Origin: an uncultured Clostridium sp.
Lineage (GTDB): Bacteria; Bacillota; Clostridia; TANB77; CAG-508
Direction of reading: 5' to 3'
Assembly: GCA_900556695.1 (NCBI GenBank)
Contig: USQA01000001.1
Location: forward strand, 1 to 54,614
Length of the DNA: 54,614 bases
Numbering within the stretch: the stretch's first letter is position 1; every line of letters begins with the position of its first letter. Shown here piece after piece: positions 10,113 to 17,481 of this stretch. The position numbers and the translations under genes are program-made. Under the pieces are notes generated by a model. That model saw nothing but the letters and a program-made list of their open reading frames with translations, had not been told where the DNA came from and did not search any database.

Positions 10113-10778
10113 ATGAAGAATAAAAAAGTAGATAATATAGAATTAGTAAAAGTAGAAAATTTATTAGAAATCACAAAAGATATTACAATTGAAGATGAGA
10201 CCTTTAAAAAGCTTATGTTTATATATTCAACAGCTATTAAAGAGTTAAAGACAAAAATGGAAATAATACAAGATGAATTTAAAATTTTTTATAATTATGA
10301 TTTAATTGATCATATTGATACTAGAATAAAAGAGCCAGATAGTATAATAAATAAAATGAATAATAAGAAATGTGATATTACATATAAAGAGATGATTGAT
10401 AAAATTAATGATGTTGCTGGGATAAGAGTAATATGTCCTATAAAAAAGGATATATTTACATTAAGAAATTTGATTGTTAAAATCCCTGGTGTTAATGTTA
10501 TAAAGGAGAAGGATTACGTTACACATCCCAAAGAGAGTGGATATTCTAGTTATCATTTGATTGTTGAAGTTCCTATTAGTTTATCAAATAGTAATATATA
10601 TGTTAAGGTTGAAGTTCAAATAAGAACTTTGGCTATGGATTTTTGGGCTAATTTAGAACATAAAATGAAGTATAAAGCAAAAGAAAAAGTTGATAAAAAG
10701 ACGTCAAAAGAGTGGATTAATTATGCTAAAATTATAAATAAATTAGATAATAAAATAATGTTAATGAATAATTTATAA
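10113..10778 (+). CDS. small alarmone synthetase (RelQ/RelP-type GTP pyrophosphokinase)
   Basis: 221 aa. RelA/SpoT synthetase core: GIRVICP, SGYSSYHLIV, VEVQIRTLAMDFWANLEHK. Confidence 0.85.
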   Translation: MKNKKVDNIELVKVENLLEITKDITIEDETFKKLMFIYSTAIKELKTKMEIIQDEFKIFYNYDLIDHIDTRIKEPDSIINKMNNKKCDITYKEMIDKINDVAGIRVICPIKKDIFTLRNLIVKIPGVNVIKEKDYVTHPKESGYSSYHLIVEVPISLSNSNIYVKVEVQIRTLAMDFWANLEHKMKYKAKEKVDKKTSKEWINYAKIINKLDNKIMLMNNL

Positions 10779-10845
10779 AAAGAGATTCTTTAAATTAAAA
10801 GGAATTTAAAAAAAGTTTATTTTATAAATTTCTTTAAGTGCAAAT

Positions 10846-10882
10846 AAATCTGAAAAAAATTTTTGTTTTTTTCAGATTTTTA
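10846..10882 (+). terminator. intrinsic terminator after the alarmone synthetase gene
   Basis: AAATCTGAAAAAAA / TTTTTTTCAGATTT stem followed by Ts. Confidence 0.7.
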
Positions 10883-10958
10883 TATTTTAAATTGTAAAAT
10901 GAAAAAATAATAATAATTTAAATTAGCAAAATTATTGGCAAAAAATGTATAATCAAAT

Positions 10959-10987
10959 TTGACTTGAATCAAAATATATAGTATAAT
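10959..10987 (+). promoter_or_regulatory. consensus sigma-A promoter for rnj
   Basis: TTGACT, 17-nt spacer, TATAAT. Leaves a leader of about 200 nt before the rnj start. Confidence 0.7.
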
Positions 10988-11130
10988 AATAACTAGTGTG
11001 AATAAGGTTGATCGGAATTTATTATAATCAGATGTAAATTTATATATGAGTTAAGAGAACCAAAAAAGGCCATATATAAAAATCTGTTAAATTTGTGTTA
11101 TTTAATAAAAATTAGTAAATTAGGTCAAAT

Positions 11131-11158
11131 TAGTTTAAATGATTAAACTAGTTTTTTT
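11131..11158 (+). terminator. terminator-like hairpin inside the rnj leader (possible attenuator)
   Basis: TAGTTTAA / TTAAACTA stem, 4-nt loop, then G plus T7, 37 nt upstream of the rnj start. Confidence 0.45.
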
Positions 11159-11194
11159 AAGTTTTATTTAAAAATTGAGAAAGGAGATTTTATA

Positions 11195-13078
11195 TTGGAA
11201 GAAAAAAATAATAATATTGAAGAGAAAAAAGAAAATAATGTAAGAGTAAAAAAATCTACTACAAAATCAAGAAATACTAAAAGTACAAGTAGAACATCTT
11301 CAAAGACGAGAAAAGAAAGTAAAGAAAAAGCGGAAACAACAAAAACTGTTACTAAAAGACCTTATAATAGAAGAAATACAAAAACAAGTAACAGAAAAAA
11401 AGAGGGAGAAATATTTAAAAAATCTAAATTAAAAATAATCCCACTTGGAGGATTACATGAAATAGGAAAAAATATAACAGTATTTGAGTATGAAGATGAG
11501 ATAATAGTAGTTGATTGTGGGTTATCATTCCCAGAAGATGATATGCTAGGAGTTGACTTAGTAATTCCAGATATAACATATTTAGAGAAAAATGTAGATA
11601 GAATAAAAGGGTTAGTAATAACACATGGACATGAAGATCATATAGGAGGAGTTCCTTATTTATTAAAGAAAATAAATATTCCTATTTATGCAACAAGATT
11701 AGCAGCAGGACTAATAAGAAATAAATTAGAGGAACATAAATTATTAAGAAGCACAAAATTAATAGAAGTAATGCAAGGTCAAACAATTAAATTAGGAAAG
11801 AATTTTAAAGTAGAATTTATAAGAAGTTCACACAGTATACCTGATTCAGTAATGCTAGCAATAACTACACCTGCTGGAACAGTTTTGCACACAGGAGATT
11901 TTAAAGTTGATTATACTCCAATAGATGGTAAGGTTATGGACTTTGGAAGAATAGCAGAATTAGGAAACAAGGGAATTTTAGCATTAATGTCAGATAGTAC
12001 AAATGCAGAGAGAAAAGGATTTACAATGTCTGAAAGTTCAGTAGGAGAAGTTTTTGACAAACTATTTTTACACTGTACAAAAAGAATTGTTGTTGCAACA
12101 TTTGCTTCAAATGTTCATAGAGTTCAACAAATCGTAAATTCAGCGGTAAAATATGGTAGAAAAATTGCAGTATGTGGTAGAAGTATGATAAATATGATAG
12201 ATACCGCAAGAGAATTAGGATATATAGAATGTCCAGAAAATATTTTCATAGATATTGATATGATAAAAAATTACCCAGATGATCAATTAGTAATTATAAC
12301 AACAGGAAGCCAAGGAGAGCCAATGTCAGCATTAACTAGAATGGCTGGAGGAGACCATAGAAAAGTTACAATTACTCCAAATGATTTAGTAATTATTTCT
12401 GCAACACCAATACCAGGAAATGAAAAATTTGTATCAAAAGTAATTGACGATTTAATGCAAATAGGAGCAGAAGTTGTATATAGTTCATTAGAAGCTATAC
12501 ACGTATCAGGGCATGCTTGCCAAGAAGAGCAAAAATTGATATTTGCTTTAGCAAAACCAAAATATTTTATACCAGTTCATGGAGAATATAGACAATTAAT
12601 AGCTCATAGTGAAACAGCACAAAGTATGGGAATTAAAAAAGAAAATATAGTTATGCTATCAAATGGTAGAGTATTAGAGATAGATGAAAATGGAATAGGA
12701 TTTAACGGTTCTGTACCAAGCGGTAGAATATTAGTTGATGGATTAGGAGTAGGAGATGTTGGAAATATAGTATTAAGAGATAGACAACATTTATCTCAAG
12801 ATGGATTAATTGTTGTAGTTCTAACTATGGATTCTTCTACAGGTGAAGTTGTAGCAGGACCTGATATTATATCAAGAGGTTTTGTGTATGTAAGAGAAGC
12901 TGAAAGTATAATGGATGATGTTAAATCAGTTGTTAAAAACGAAATAAGAAAATGTGAAGAAAGAGGAATTAGAGATTGGGCAACAATCAAATCTATGGTA
13001 AAAGATAATTTAAGAGATTATATTTTTATGAAAACAAAAAGAAACCCAATGATAATACCAATTATTATGGAAGTATAG
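11195..13078 (+). CDS. rnj: ribonuclease J
   Basis: 627 aa with a TTG start after AAAGGAG. Lys-rich N-terminal extension, then the metallo-beta-lactamase/beta-CASP core (HGHEDHIGG). The last codons lie inside the attL repeat. Confidence 0.9.
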   Translation: MEEKNNNIEEKKENNVRVKKSTTKSRNTKSTSRTSSKTRKESKEKAETTKTVTKRPYNRRNTKTSNRKKEGEIFKKSKLKIIPLGGLHEIGKNITVFEYEDEIIVVDCGLSFPEDDMLGVDLVIPDITYLEKNVDRIKGLVITHGHEDHIGGVPYLLKKINIPIYATRLAAGLIRNKLEEHKLLRSTKLIEVMQGQTIKLGKNFKVEFIRSSHSIPDSVMLAITTPAGTVLHTGDFKVDYTPIDGKVMDFGRIAELGNKGILALMSDSTNAERKGFTMSESSVGEVFDKLFLHCTKRIVVATFASNVHRVQQIVNSAVKYGRKIAVCGRSMINMIDTARELGYIECPENIFIDIDMIKNYPDDQLVIITTGSQGEPMSALTRMAGGDHRKVTITPNDLVIISATPIPGNEKFVSKVIDDLMQIGAEVVYSSLEAIHVSGHACQEEQKLIFALAKPKYFIPVHGEYRQLIAHSETAQSMGIKKENIVMLSNGRVLEIDENGIGFNGSVPSGRILVDGLGVGDVGNIVLRDRQHLSQDGLIVVVLTMDSSTGEVVAGPDIISRGFVYVREAESIMDDVKSVVKNEIRKCEERGIRDWATIKSMVKDNLRDYIFMKTKRNPMIIPIIMEV

Positions 13079-13091
13079 GAAAACATAGAAA
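13058..13091 (+). repeat. attL core candidate (rnj 3' end)
   Basis: CCAATTATTATGGAAGTATAGGAAAACATAGAAA matches 49381-49414 with 3 mismatches. Includes the rnj stop codon. Confidence 0.7.
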
Positions 13092-13120
13092 CACCAAGAC
13101 TTTTACGGCCTTGGTGTTTT
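13092..13120 (+). terminator. intrinsic terminator after rnj (on the phage side of attL)
   Basis: CACCAAG / CTTGGTG stem followed by TTTT. Confidence 0.65.
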
Positions 13121-13122
13121 GA

Positions 13123-13144
13123 TTTGTTACCCATTTGTTACCTA
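13123..13144 (+). repeat. tandem TTGTTACC repeats (arm-type integrase sites or alternative att core), left end
   Basis: TTTGTTACCCATTTGTTACCTA. A near-identical copy lies at 49239-49260. Confidence 0.6.
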
Positions 13145-13155
13145 TTTAACAAAAT

Positions 13156-14421
13156 TTAAGAGATTTTATTATTTAAAACATATAAGTTATTTGTTTTTTG
13201 GTAAGTAATTAATTTTATAGCTTCAAATTTTTCTTCAATAGATATATGGGTATAAATATCTTGACCTACATTTTCATTGCTATGTCCTATTATAGAATTT
13301 ATAATAATTTGTTTTACATTTTGTTTCTCTAGTTCTGTTCTTAAAGTGTGTCTACCATCATGGGCTGTGTGATGTTCTAGAAAACTATGCTTGTCAATAA
13401 AATTTTCTTTATAATGATATAAATAATAGTCATAATTTGCTCTGTTGCCATTAGGCATCATAAATAAAAATTCATTTTCGGGGTTATAATATTTTTTAAA
13501 TATGGATTTAATATCTGGATGAATAGGTATTTCTCTGTTTATACCAGCTTTAGTTTTTACACCTGCTATAAAATAATTTTTATCTAGAAATATTCTTTTT
13601 GTATATATAAATAGTAATTCTTCAGCACGACAACCAGTATATATTGTCAATAACAACATATCTCTAATAAATTCTTCCTTATAATTTTCAGATTTAATAT
13701 CCCATAAATATTTTATTTGTTCATAAGAATATGGTGTTCTTTTCTTGATGTTTTTAGAGAGTCTATATGTGTTGTCAATTGTTATATATTGAGCATAGCT
13801 TTTTTCTATAATGTCTTCTTGAAAAGCATATTCATCTAGTTTTATATATAAGTTTTTCATAATTCTTATTGTCTCGTAGTTTTTATTACAATTATTTAAA
13901 AACTGTTGAAAATCAGATGTTCTTAAATCTTTATAAACTCTATCATATAATTTCTTAGAATTGTTGAATGCTGTTATCATTCCTCTAGAATAATGATAAG
14001 CAAATTTTCCTTTTGGCTTTATGTGTTTTTCTTTTTCTAACTTTGCTTCTTCTGTAGAAGGAAGTTTTACTTTTTTAAATTCCTCAAATAGTTGCTTAAA
14101 AGTATAATTGTCTTTTGTTATTTTTTCAATAGTTTCTTTTTGAGGATTTTTTACTGCAACTAAAGGATATGGATTTTTTGGAAATGTAACTATTCTATTG
14201 TATATAGTTTCTTTAATATAAATAGGATGAGGCTCTTTGTGATAGTTTTCTAAACATACTAAAGCTTCAAGTTCAGTTTCAAAAGTATCAATAAAATATC
14301 TAATAGCGATACCATTAATATCTTTTCCGATAGTAATTCTTGCACCCCAAGGTTTATTCCTATTTTTTCCTAAGTAAATAGCAGAGCCTTTACCATTTGC
14401 TCTTTTCTTAACAATTTTCAT
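13156..14421 (-). CDS. int: tyrosine integrase with N-terminal AP2-like arm-binding domain
   Basis: 421 aa. Catalytic pattern CRAEEL...HDGRHTLRT...GHSNENVGQDIYTH (R, HxxR, H, Y). N-terminus GKGSAIYLGKNRNKPWGARI. Adjacent to attL. Confidence 0.9.
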   Translation of the reverse strand: MKIVKKRANGKGSAIYLGKNRNKPWGARITIGKDINGIAIRYFIDTFETELEALVCLENYHKEPHPIYIKETIYNRIVTFPKNPYPLVAVKNPQKETIEKITKDNYTFKQLFEEFKKVKLPSTEEAKLEKEKHIKPKGKFAYHYSRGMITAFNNSKKLYDRVYKDLRTSDFQQFLNNCNKNYETIRIMKNLYIKLDEYAFQEDIIEKSYAQYITIDNTYRLSKNIKKRTPYSYEQIKYLWDIKSENYKEEFIRDMLLLTIYTGCRAEELLFIYTKRIFLDKNYFIAGVKTKAGINREIPIHPDIKSIFKKYYNPENEFLFMMPNGNRANYDYYLYHYKENFIDKHSFLEHHTAHDGRHTLRTELEKQNVKQIIINSIIGHSNENVGQDIYTHISIEEKFEAIKLITYQKTNNLYVLNNKIS

Positions 14422-14465
14422 AATAAAAATACCTCCATTTTTATAATTTATTTTTTAATAAACTA

Positions 14466-14494
14466 TTGAAAATGAAGATAAAATACTATATAAT
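14466..14494 (+). promoter_or_regulatory. consensus-like promoter pointing into the 3' end of the repressor gene (antisense)
   Basis: TTGAAA, 17-nt spacer, TATAAT on the plus strand between int and the repressor. Embedded in the 9-bp inverted repeat CTATTGAAA...TTTCAATAG, which gives a mirrored TTGAAA on the minus strand. Confidence 0.5.
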
Positions 14495-14536
14495 TAGTAC
14501 ACAATCACTTTCAATAGTGTTTGAGAGGAAATAAAT

Positions 14537-14551
14537 GTATCGGTTCGTGGT
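14537..14551. repeat. left copy of a perfect 15-bp inverted repeat bracketing the immunity switch
   Basis: GTATCGGTTCGTGGT is the exact reverse complement of 15322-15336. It lies 30 nt 3' of the repressor stop. Confidence 0.9.
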
Positions 14552-14580
14552 AAAATTGATTACATCTATTTCCTTATTTT

Positions 14581-14940
14581 TTATTTATTCTCGTCCTGTT
14601 TCTTCTTGTTTTTTAAAAATTCAACAAATTTATTTAATTCTTTAATATCATCAGCATCTAATCCATCAGTGTTAATAATGTTATTTGTTCTTTTAGATAT
14701 TTTTTCACTTTCTGCTAAATCTATATAGCCTGCTTTTTCGTACAGTTCTATATAGTCCAAATTATAAATTGGCGCAAGTTTCTTTAATATTATAGCACTA
14801 GGGCTTCTTTTTCCATTTTCCATTAATGATAAGTAACTAGGGGATATATGACATAGTTTATTAACATCATATATACTATAACCTAATTGTTCGCGGATTG
14901 TTTTTAAGTATAGTCCAAGTTCTACGTTTGAAAGTTCCAT
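14581..14940 (-). CDS. XRE-family phage repressor (CI-like)
   Basis: AAAGGAGG RBS before ATG 14940. HTH LGYSIYDVNKLCHISPSYLSLMENGKRSPS. Divergent from the cro-like gene. No S24 peptidase domain. Confidence 0.8.
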   Translation of the reverse strand: MELSNVELGLYLKTIREQLGYSIYDVNKLCHISPSYLSLMENGKRSPSAIILKKLAPIYNLDYIELYEKAGYIDLAESEKISKRTNNIINTDGLDADDIKELNKFVEFLKNKKKQDENK

Positions 14941-14975
14941 AGATAAACCTCCTTTTAGCAAATTATACTATAAAA

Positions 14976-15061
14976 ATTTACATTTGTAAATATTTTTTAA
15001 TTTTTTTTATAAAAAATGTTGACAAAAGTAAATAGAGATGATATTATTTACAAAAGTCAAC
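14976..15061. promoter_or_regulatory. divergent switch promoters with operator-like repeats
   Basis: Palindrome ATTTACAttTGTAAAT (14976-14991) overlaps the leftward TTTACA-17-TATAAT promoter. The rightward promoter TTGACA-17-TATTAT (15019-15047) is overlapped by GTTGACAAAAGTAAATA (15018-15034) and TATTTACAAAAGTCAAC (15045-15061). Confidence 0.65.
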
Positions 15062-15079
15062 AAGAAAGGAGAGGTAAAT

Positions 15080-15322
15080 ATGGCAAATAGAACAGTAATG
15101 ATAAAAGATGTAGAAGAATTTATTGCCAAGATAGTTGAGAGAGGATTTTCATATAGACAATTAGCGAGAGAAGCTGGATGTTCACAAACTCAAATTAGCT
15201 TACTTGCTAAAGGCGAAAGAAATCCTAGTCCTGAAAATGCTGTAAATATTTGTAAGGCATTAAACTGTAAATTTGATGATATTTTTTTTATCAAAGGAGT
15301 TGACAAAAGTAAACAAAAATAA
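15080..15322 (+). CDS. XRE-family Cro-like regulator
   Basis: GAGAGG RBS then ATG 15080. HTH FSYRQLAREAGCSQTQISLLAKGERNPS. Confidence 0.75.
   Translation: MANRTVMIKDVEEFIAKIVERGFSYRQLAREAGCSQTQISLLAKGERNPSPENAVNICKALNCKFDDIFFIKGVDKSKQK
15299..15314. promoter_or_regulatory. third copy of the operator-like sequence
   Basis: GTTGACAAAAGTAAAC inside the 3' end of the cro-like gene. Matches 15018-15033 in 15 of 16 positions. Confidence 0.5.
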
Positions 15323-15336
15323 CCACGAACCGATAC
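15322..15336. repeat. right copy of the perfect 15-bp inverted repeat
   Basis: ACCACGAACCGATAC starts at the last base of the cro-like stop codon. Confidence 0.9.
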
Positions 15337-15357
15337 TAAAAGAAAGAGGGTGAGAAT

Positions 15358-15555
15358 ATGGAAGACAAAAACGAAGAAGTTGAAAGATTAACCCCCACGG
15401 ATATAGCACCAATACTGAAAATGAGTGTTGAAGGAGTTAGGGCAGCATTAAGACAAGATAAATTTCCATTTGGAATAGCATTTCAAGGAAGAACTGGTCA
15501 ATGGAACTATTTAATAATAAAAAGCAAATTCGAAAAATGGCTAGAAACTATTTAA
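15358..15555 (+). CDS. small HTH DNA-binding protein (excisionase/AlpA-like)
   Basis: 65 aa. LTPTDIAPILKMSVEGVRAALRQDKFPF resembles MerR/Xis-type phage HTH proteins. Function is inferred. Confidence 0.5.
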   Translation: MEDKNEEVERLTPTDIAPILKMSVEGVRAALRQDKFPFGIAFQGRTGQWNYLIIKSKFEKWLETI

Positions 15556-15574
15556 GAAAGAAGGTGAAAAACAA

Positions 15575-15697
15575 ATGAAAAAACTAAACAAAAACAAAAT
15601 ATATCAATTTATAGGACAAGCAGTAGTATATAGCAGTTTATATTTAGCAGCAATAGGTTTTACAGTATGGGGATTTATGCAAAATACGATTTACTAG
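15575..15697 (+). CDS. small membrane peptide (40 aa)
   Basis: AAGGTGA RBS then ATG 15575. MKKLNKNKIYQFIGQAVVYSSLYLAAIGFTVWGFMQNTIY has one hydrophobic helix. Confidence 0.5.
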   Translation: MKKLNKNKIYQFIGQAVVYSSLYLAAIGFTVWGFMQNTIY

Positions 15698-15707
15698 GAG
15701 GGAATAA

Positions 15708-15833
15708 ATGATTGGTGATTTAATAGACAGATTTTGTTGGTGGATAGAAGAGCACCCTTGGAAAACAATGTTTTTCATACAAGTGCCATTATCAATAATT
15801 ACTAGCCTTTTAACCATAATGTTATTAACGTAG
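15708..15833 (+). CDS. small membrane peptide (41 aa)
   Basis: AGGAGGG RBS then ATG 15708. MIGDLIDRFCWWIEEHPWKTMFFIQVPLSIITSLLTIMLLT. Its 3' end overlaps the convergent gene 15802-16122. Confidence 0.5.
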   Translation: MIGDLIDRFCWWIEEHPWKTMFFIQVPLSIITSLLTIMLLT

Positions 15834-16122
15834 TTAGAAAAGCAACAATTATAGGAAAGAAAATGGATTTTATAAAAGTTTCTATCCAAAATGATTTTCT
15901 AAAATTTAAATATGAAAGCCCTTTTGAAGTTAAATCAATAGTATCGTTAAGACCTATATAAGAAATGTAACCATTTTTTAATAATTCTCTTAAATGCATA
16001 CTAACTTCATGATTAGGAATAGACTTAATTTTTCTAGGAATATCAAAACGAGTTAATCCTTTGTTTCTATTTTTATAAATATAAATAAAGATTTTACGTT
16101 GGTTACCAACTAATTTATCCAT
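15802..16122 (-). CDS. winged-helix protein with C-terminal transmembrane anchor (reverse-strand moron)
   Basis: GAGGT RBS before ATG 16122. MarR/PadR-like wHTH (IFIYIYKNRNKGLTRFDI...LRELLKNGYISY) followed by the hydrophobic tail IFFPIIVAFLTTLITLWL. Own TTTACA...TGTATAAT promoter at 16123-16180. Confidence 0.55.
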   Translation of the reverse strand: MDKLVGNQRKIFIYIYKNRNKGLTRFDIPRKIKSIPNHEVSMHLRELLKNGYISYIGLNDTIDLTSKGLSYLNFRKSFWIETFIKSIFFPIIVAFLTTLITLWLKG

Positions 16123-16182
16123 AATAACCTCACTTTCGAGGATATTATACAAAATTTAACAAAAAATGTAAATAGAAAGGAG

Positions 16183-16497
16183 ATGAAAGAGATGTTCAGA
16201 AAAACAAAAGAATTACAAGGCTTAGTAAATTCAAGTAGAACTTCGTTAAAAGAAGCAGAAAGTAGAATAAAGAACAAAAGTATGTTAATAGCAGACTTAC
16301 AAAATAAAAATAATGAACTAACAAAAGAAAACATAGCAGTACACGAAGAAAACAAAGAACTAAGATTTGAGAATGAAGAACAAGCAGATTTAATAAAAAG
16401 AATTAGTAATTTAGTTAGTTTAAACAAATACAACAATGAAAAAGTATTTTTAAACAAAATAAAAGAACTAGTTAGCGACTACCAATCAATAAACTAG
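16183..16497 (+). CDS. coiled-coil hypothetical phage protein
   Basis: 104-aa ORF after a GGAGATGA RBS region. Confidence 0.5.
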   Translation: MKEMFRKTKELQGLVNSSRTSLKEAESRIKNKSMLIADLQNKNNELTKENIAVHEENKELRFENEEQADLIKRISNLVSLNKYNNEKVFLNKIKELVSDYQSIN

Positions 16498-16579
16498 TTC
16501 AACAAAAAATACATATATAAACATACGATTTCTACTTAATTATAGCAAATAACTTTGTAGAAATCAAGAGGGAGAAGAC

Positions 16580-16684
16580 ATGATTATAGAAGATGATTTA
16601 TTTATGGAAAACGATGAAGAAGGAAATATATTCGAATTAATAGCAGAAGAATGCTATTACGATGATTTAAGGGAGGAAGGGTAA
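16580..16684 (+). CDS. small acidic hypothetical protein (34 aa)
   Basis: GGGAGAAG RBS then ATG 16580. Its stop overlaps the next start (TAATG). Confidence 0.4.
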   Translation: MIIEDDLFMENDEEGNIFELIAEECYYDDLREEG

Positions 16685-17481
16685 TGCAAGATTTAATAAT
16701 TATAAAACAATTACCTCAAATAGAGGAACATTTAAAAGAATTATCAATAGAAGTTGAGCAAAAAGTGGAAAATGCTAAATCTTTAATATGCACAGAGGAA
16801 AATGTAAAAACAATTAAAGAAGTTAGAGCAGATTTAAATAAAGAGTTTAAGGAAGTAGAAAAACAAAGAAAAGCAGTAAAAGAGCAAGTGTTAGCACCAT
16901 ATATGCAATTTGAAGAAGTATATAAACAATATATATCTGACAAATATAAAAGTGCTGACATTGATTTAAAACAAAAAGTAGATAGTGTTGAAAGTGAATT
17001 AAAAACAAAAAAAGAACAGGAAGTAAAAGATTATTTTGAAGAATATAAAACAGCTAATAATATTGATTTTATTACATATGAACAAGCGAAAATAAATGTA
17101 ACGTTATCAGCGAGTATGAAAAGTTTAAAAGAGCAGGCAAAATCTTTTATAGATAAAGCAGTAGATGATTTAAAACTGATTGAAACACAAGAACATAAGG
17201 CAGAAATATTAGTTGAATATAAACAAACATTAAATGTAAGCAATGCAATTACAACAGTAATTAACAGATTGAAAGCAGTAGAAGAGGAGAAACAAACAAT
17301 AAATAAAAGCATGAACGAATTGATAAATCCTGATATCCCAGAGGAAAAACCAAATACAGTACAACAAATAGCGAATACAGGAGAGAAAATATATACAATT
17401 ACATTCAAAGTAACAGGAACGGCAGTTAAATTAAAACAATTAAAACAATATTTATTAGATGGAGGATACCAATATGAATAA
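16684..17481 (+). CDS. DUF1351-like phage protein (accompanies recombination modules)
   Basis: 265 aa, coiled-coil rich. Position is immediately upstream of the recombinase-like gene. Family recalled from similar Firmicute phages. Confidence 0.45.
   Translation: MQDLIIIKQLPQIEEHLKELSIEVEQKVENAKSLICTEENVKTIKEVRADLNKEFKEVEKQRKAVKEQVLAPYMQFEEVYKQYISDKYKSADIDLKQKVDSVESELKTKKEQEVKDYFEEYKTANNIDFITYEQAKINVTLSASMKSLKEQAKSFIDKAVDDLKLIETQEHKAEILVEYKQTLNVSNAITTVINRLKAVEEEKQTINKSMNELINPDIPEEKPNTVQQIANTGEKIYTITFKVTGTAVKLKQLKQYLLDGGYQYE

Noticed and set aside
14535-14650. Small plus-strand ORF starting ATG TAT CGG TTC... antisense to the repressor gene, containing an in-frame CGG.
   Set aside because: It lies antisense to a well-supported gene and gives a low-complexity product. 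It was therefore not counted in the CGG tally.
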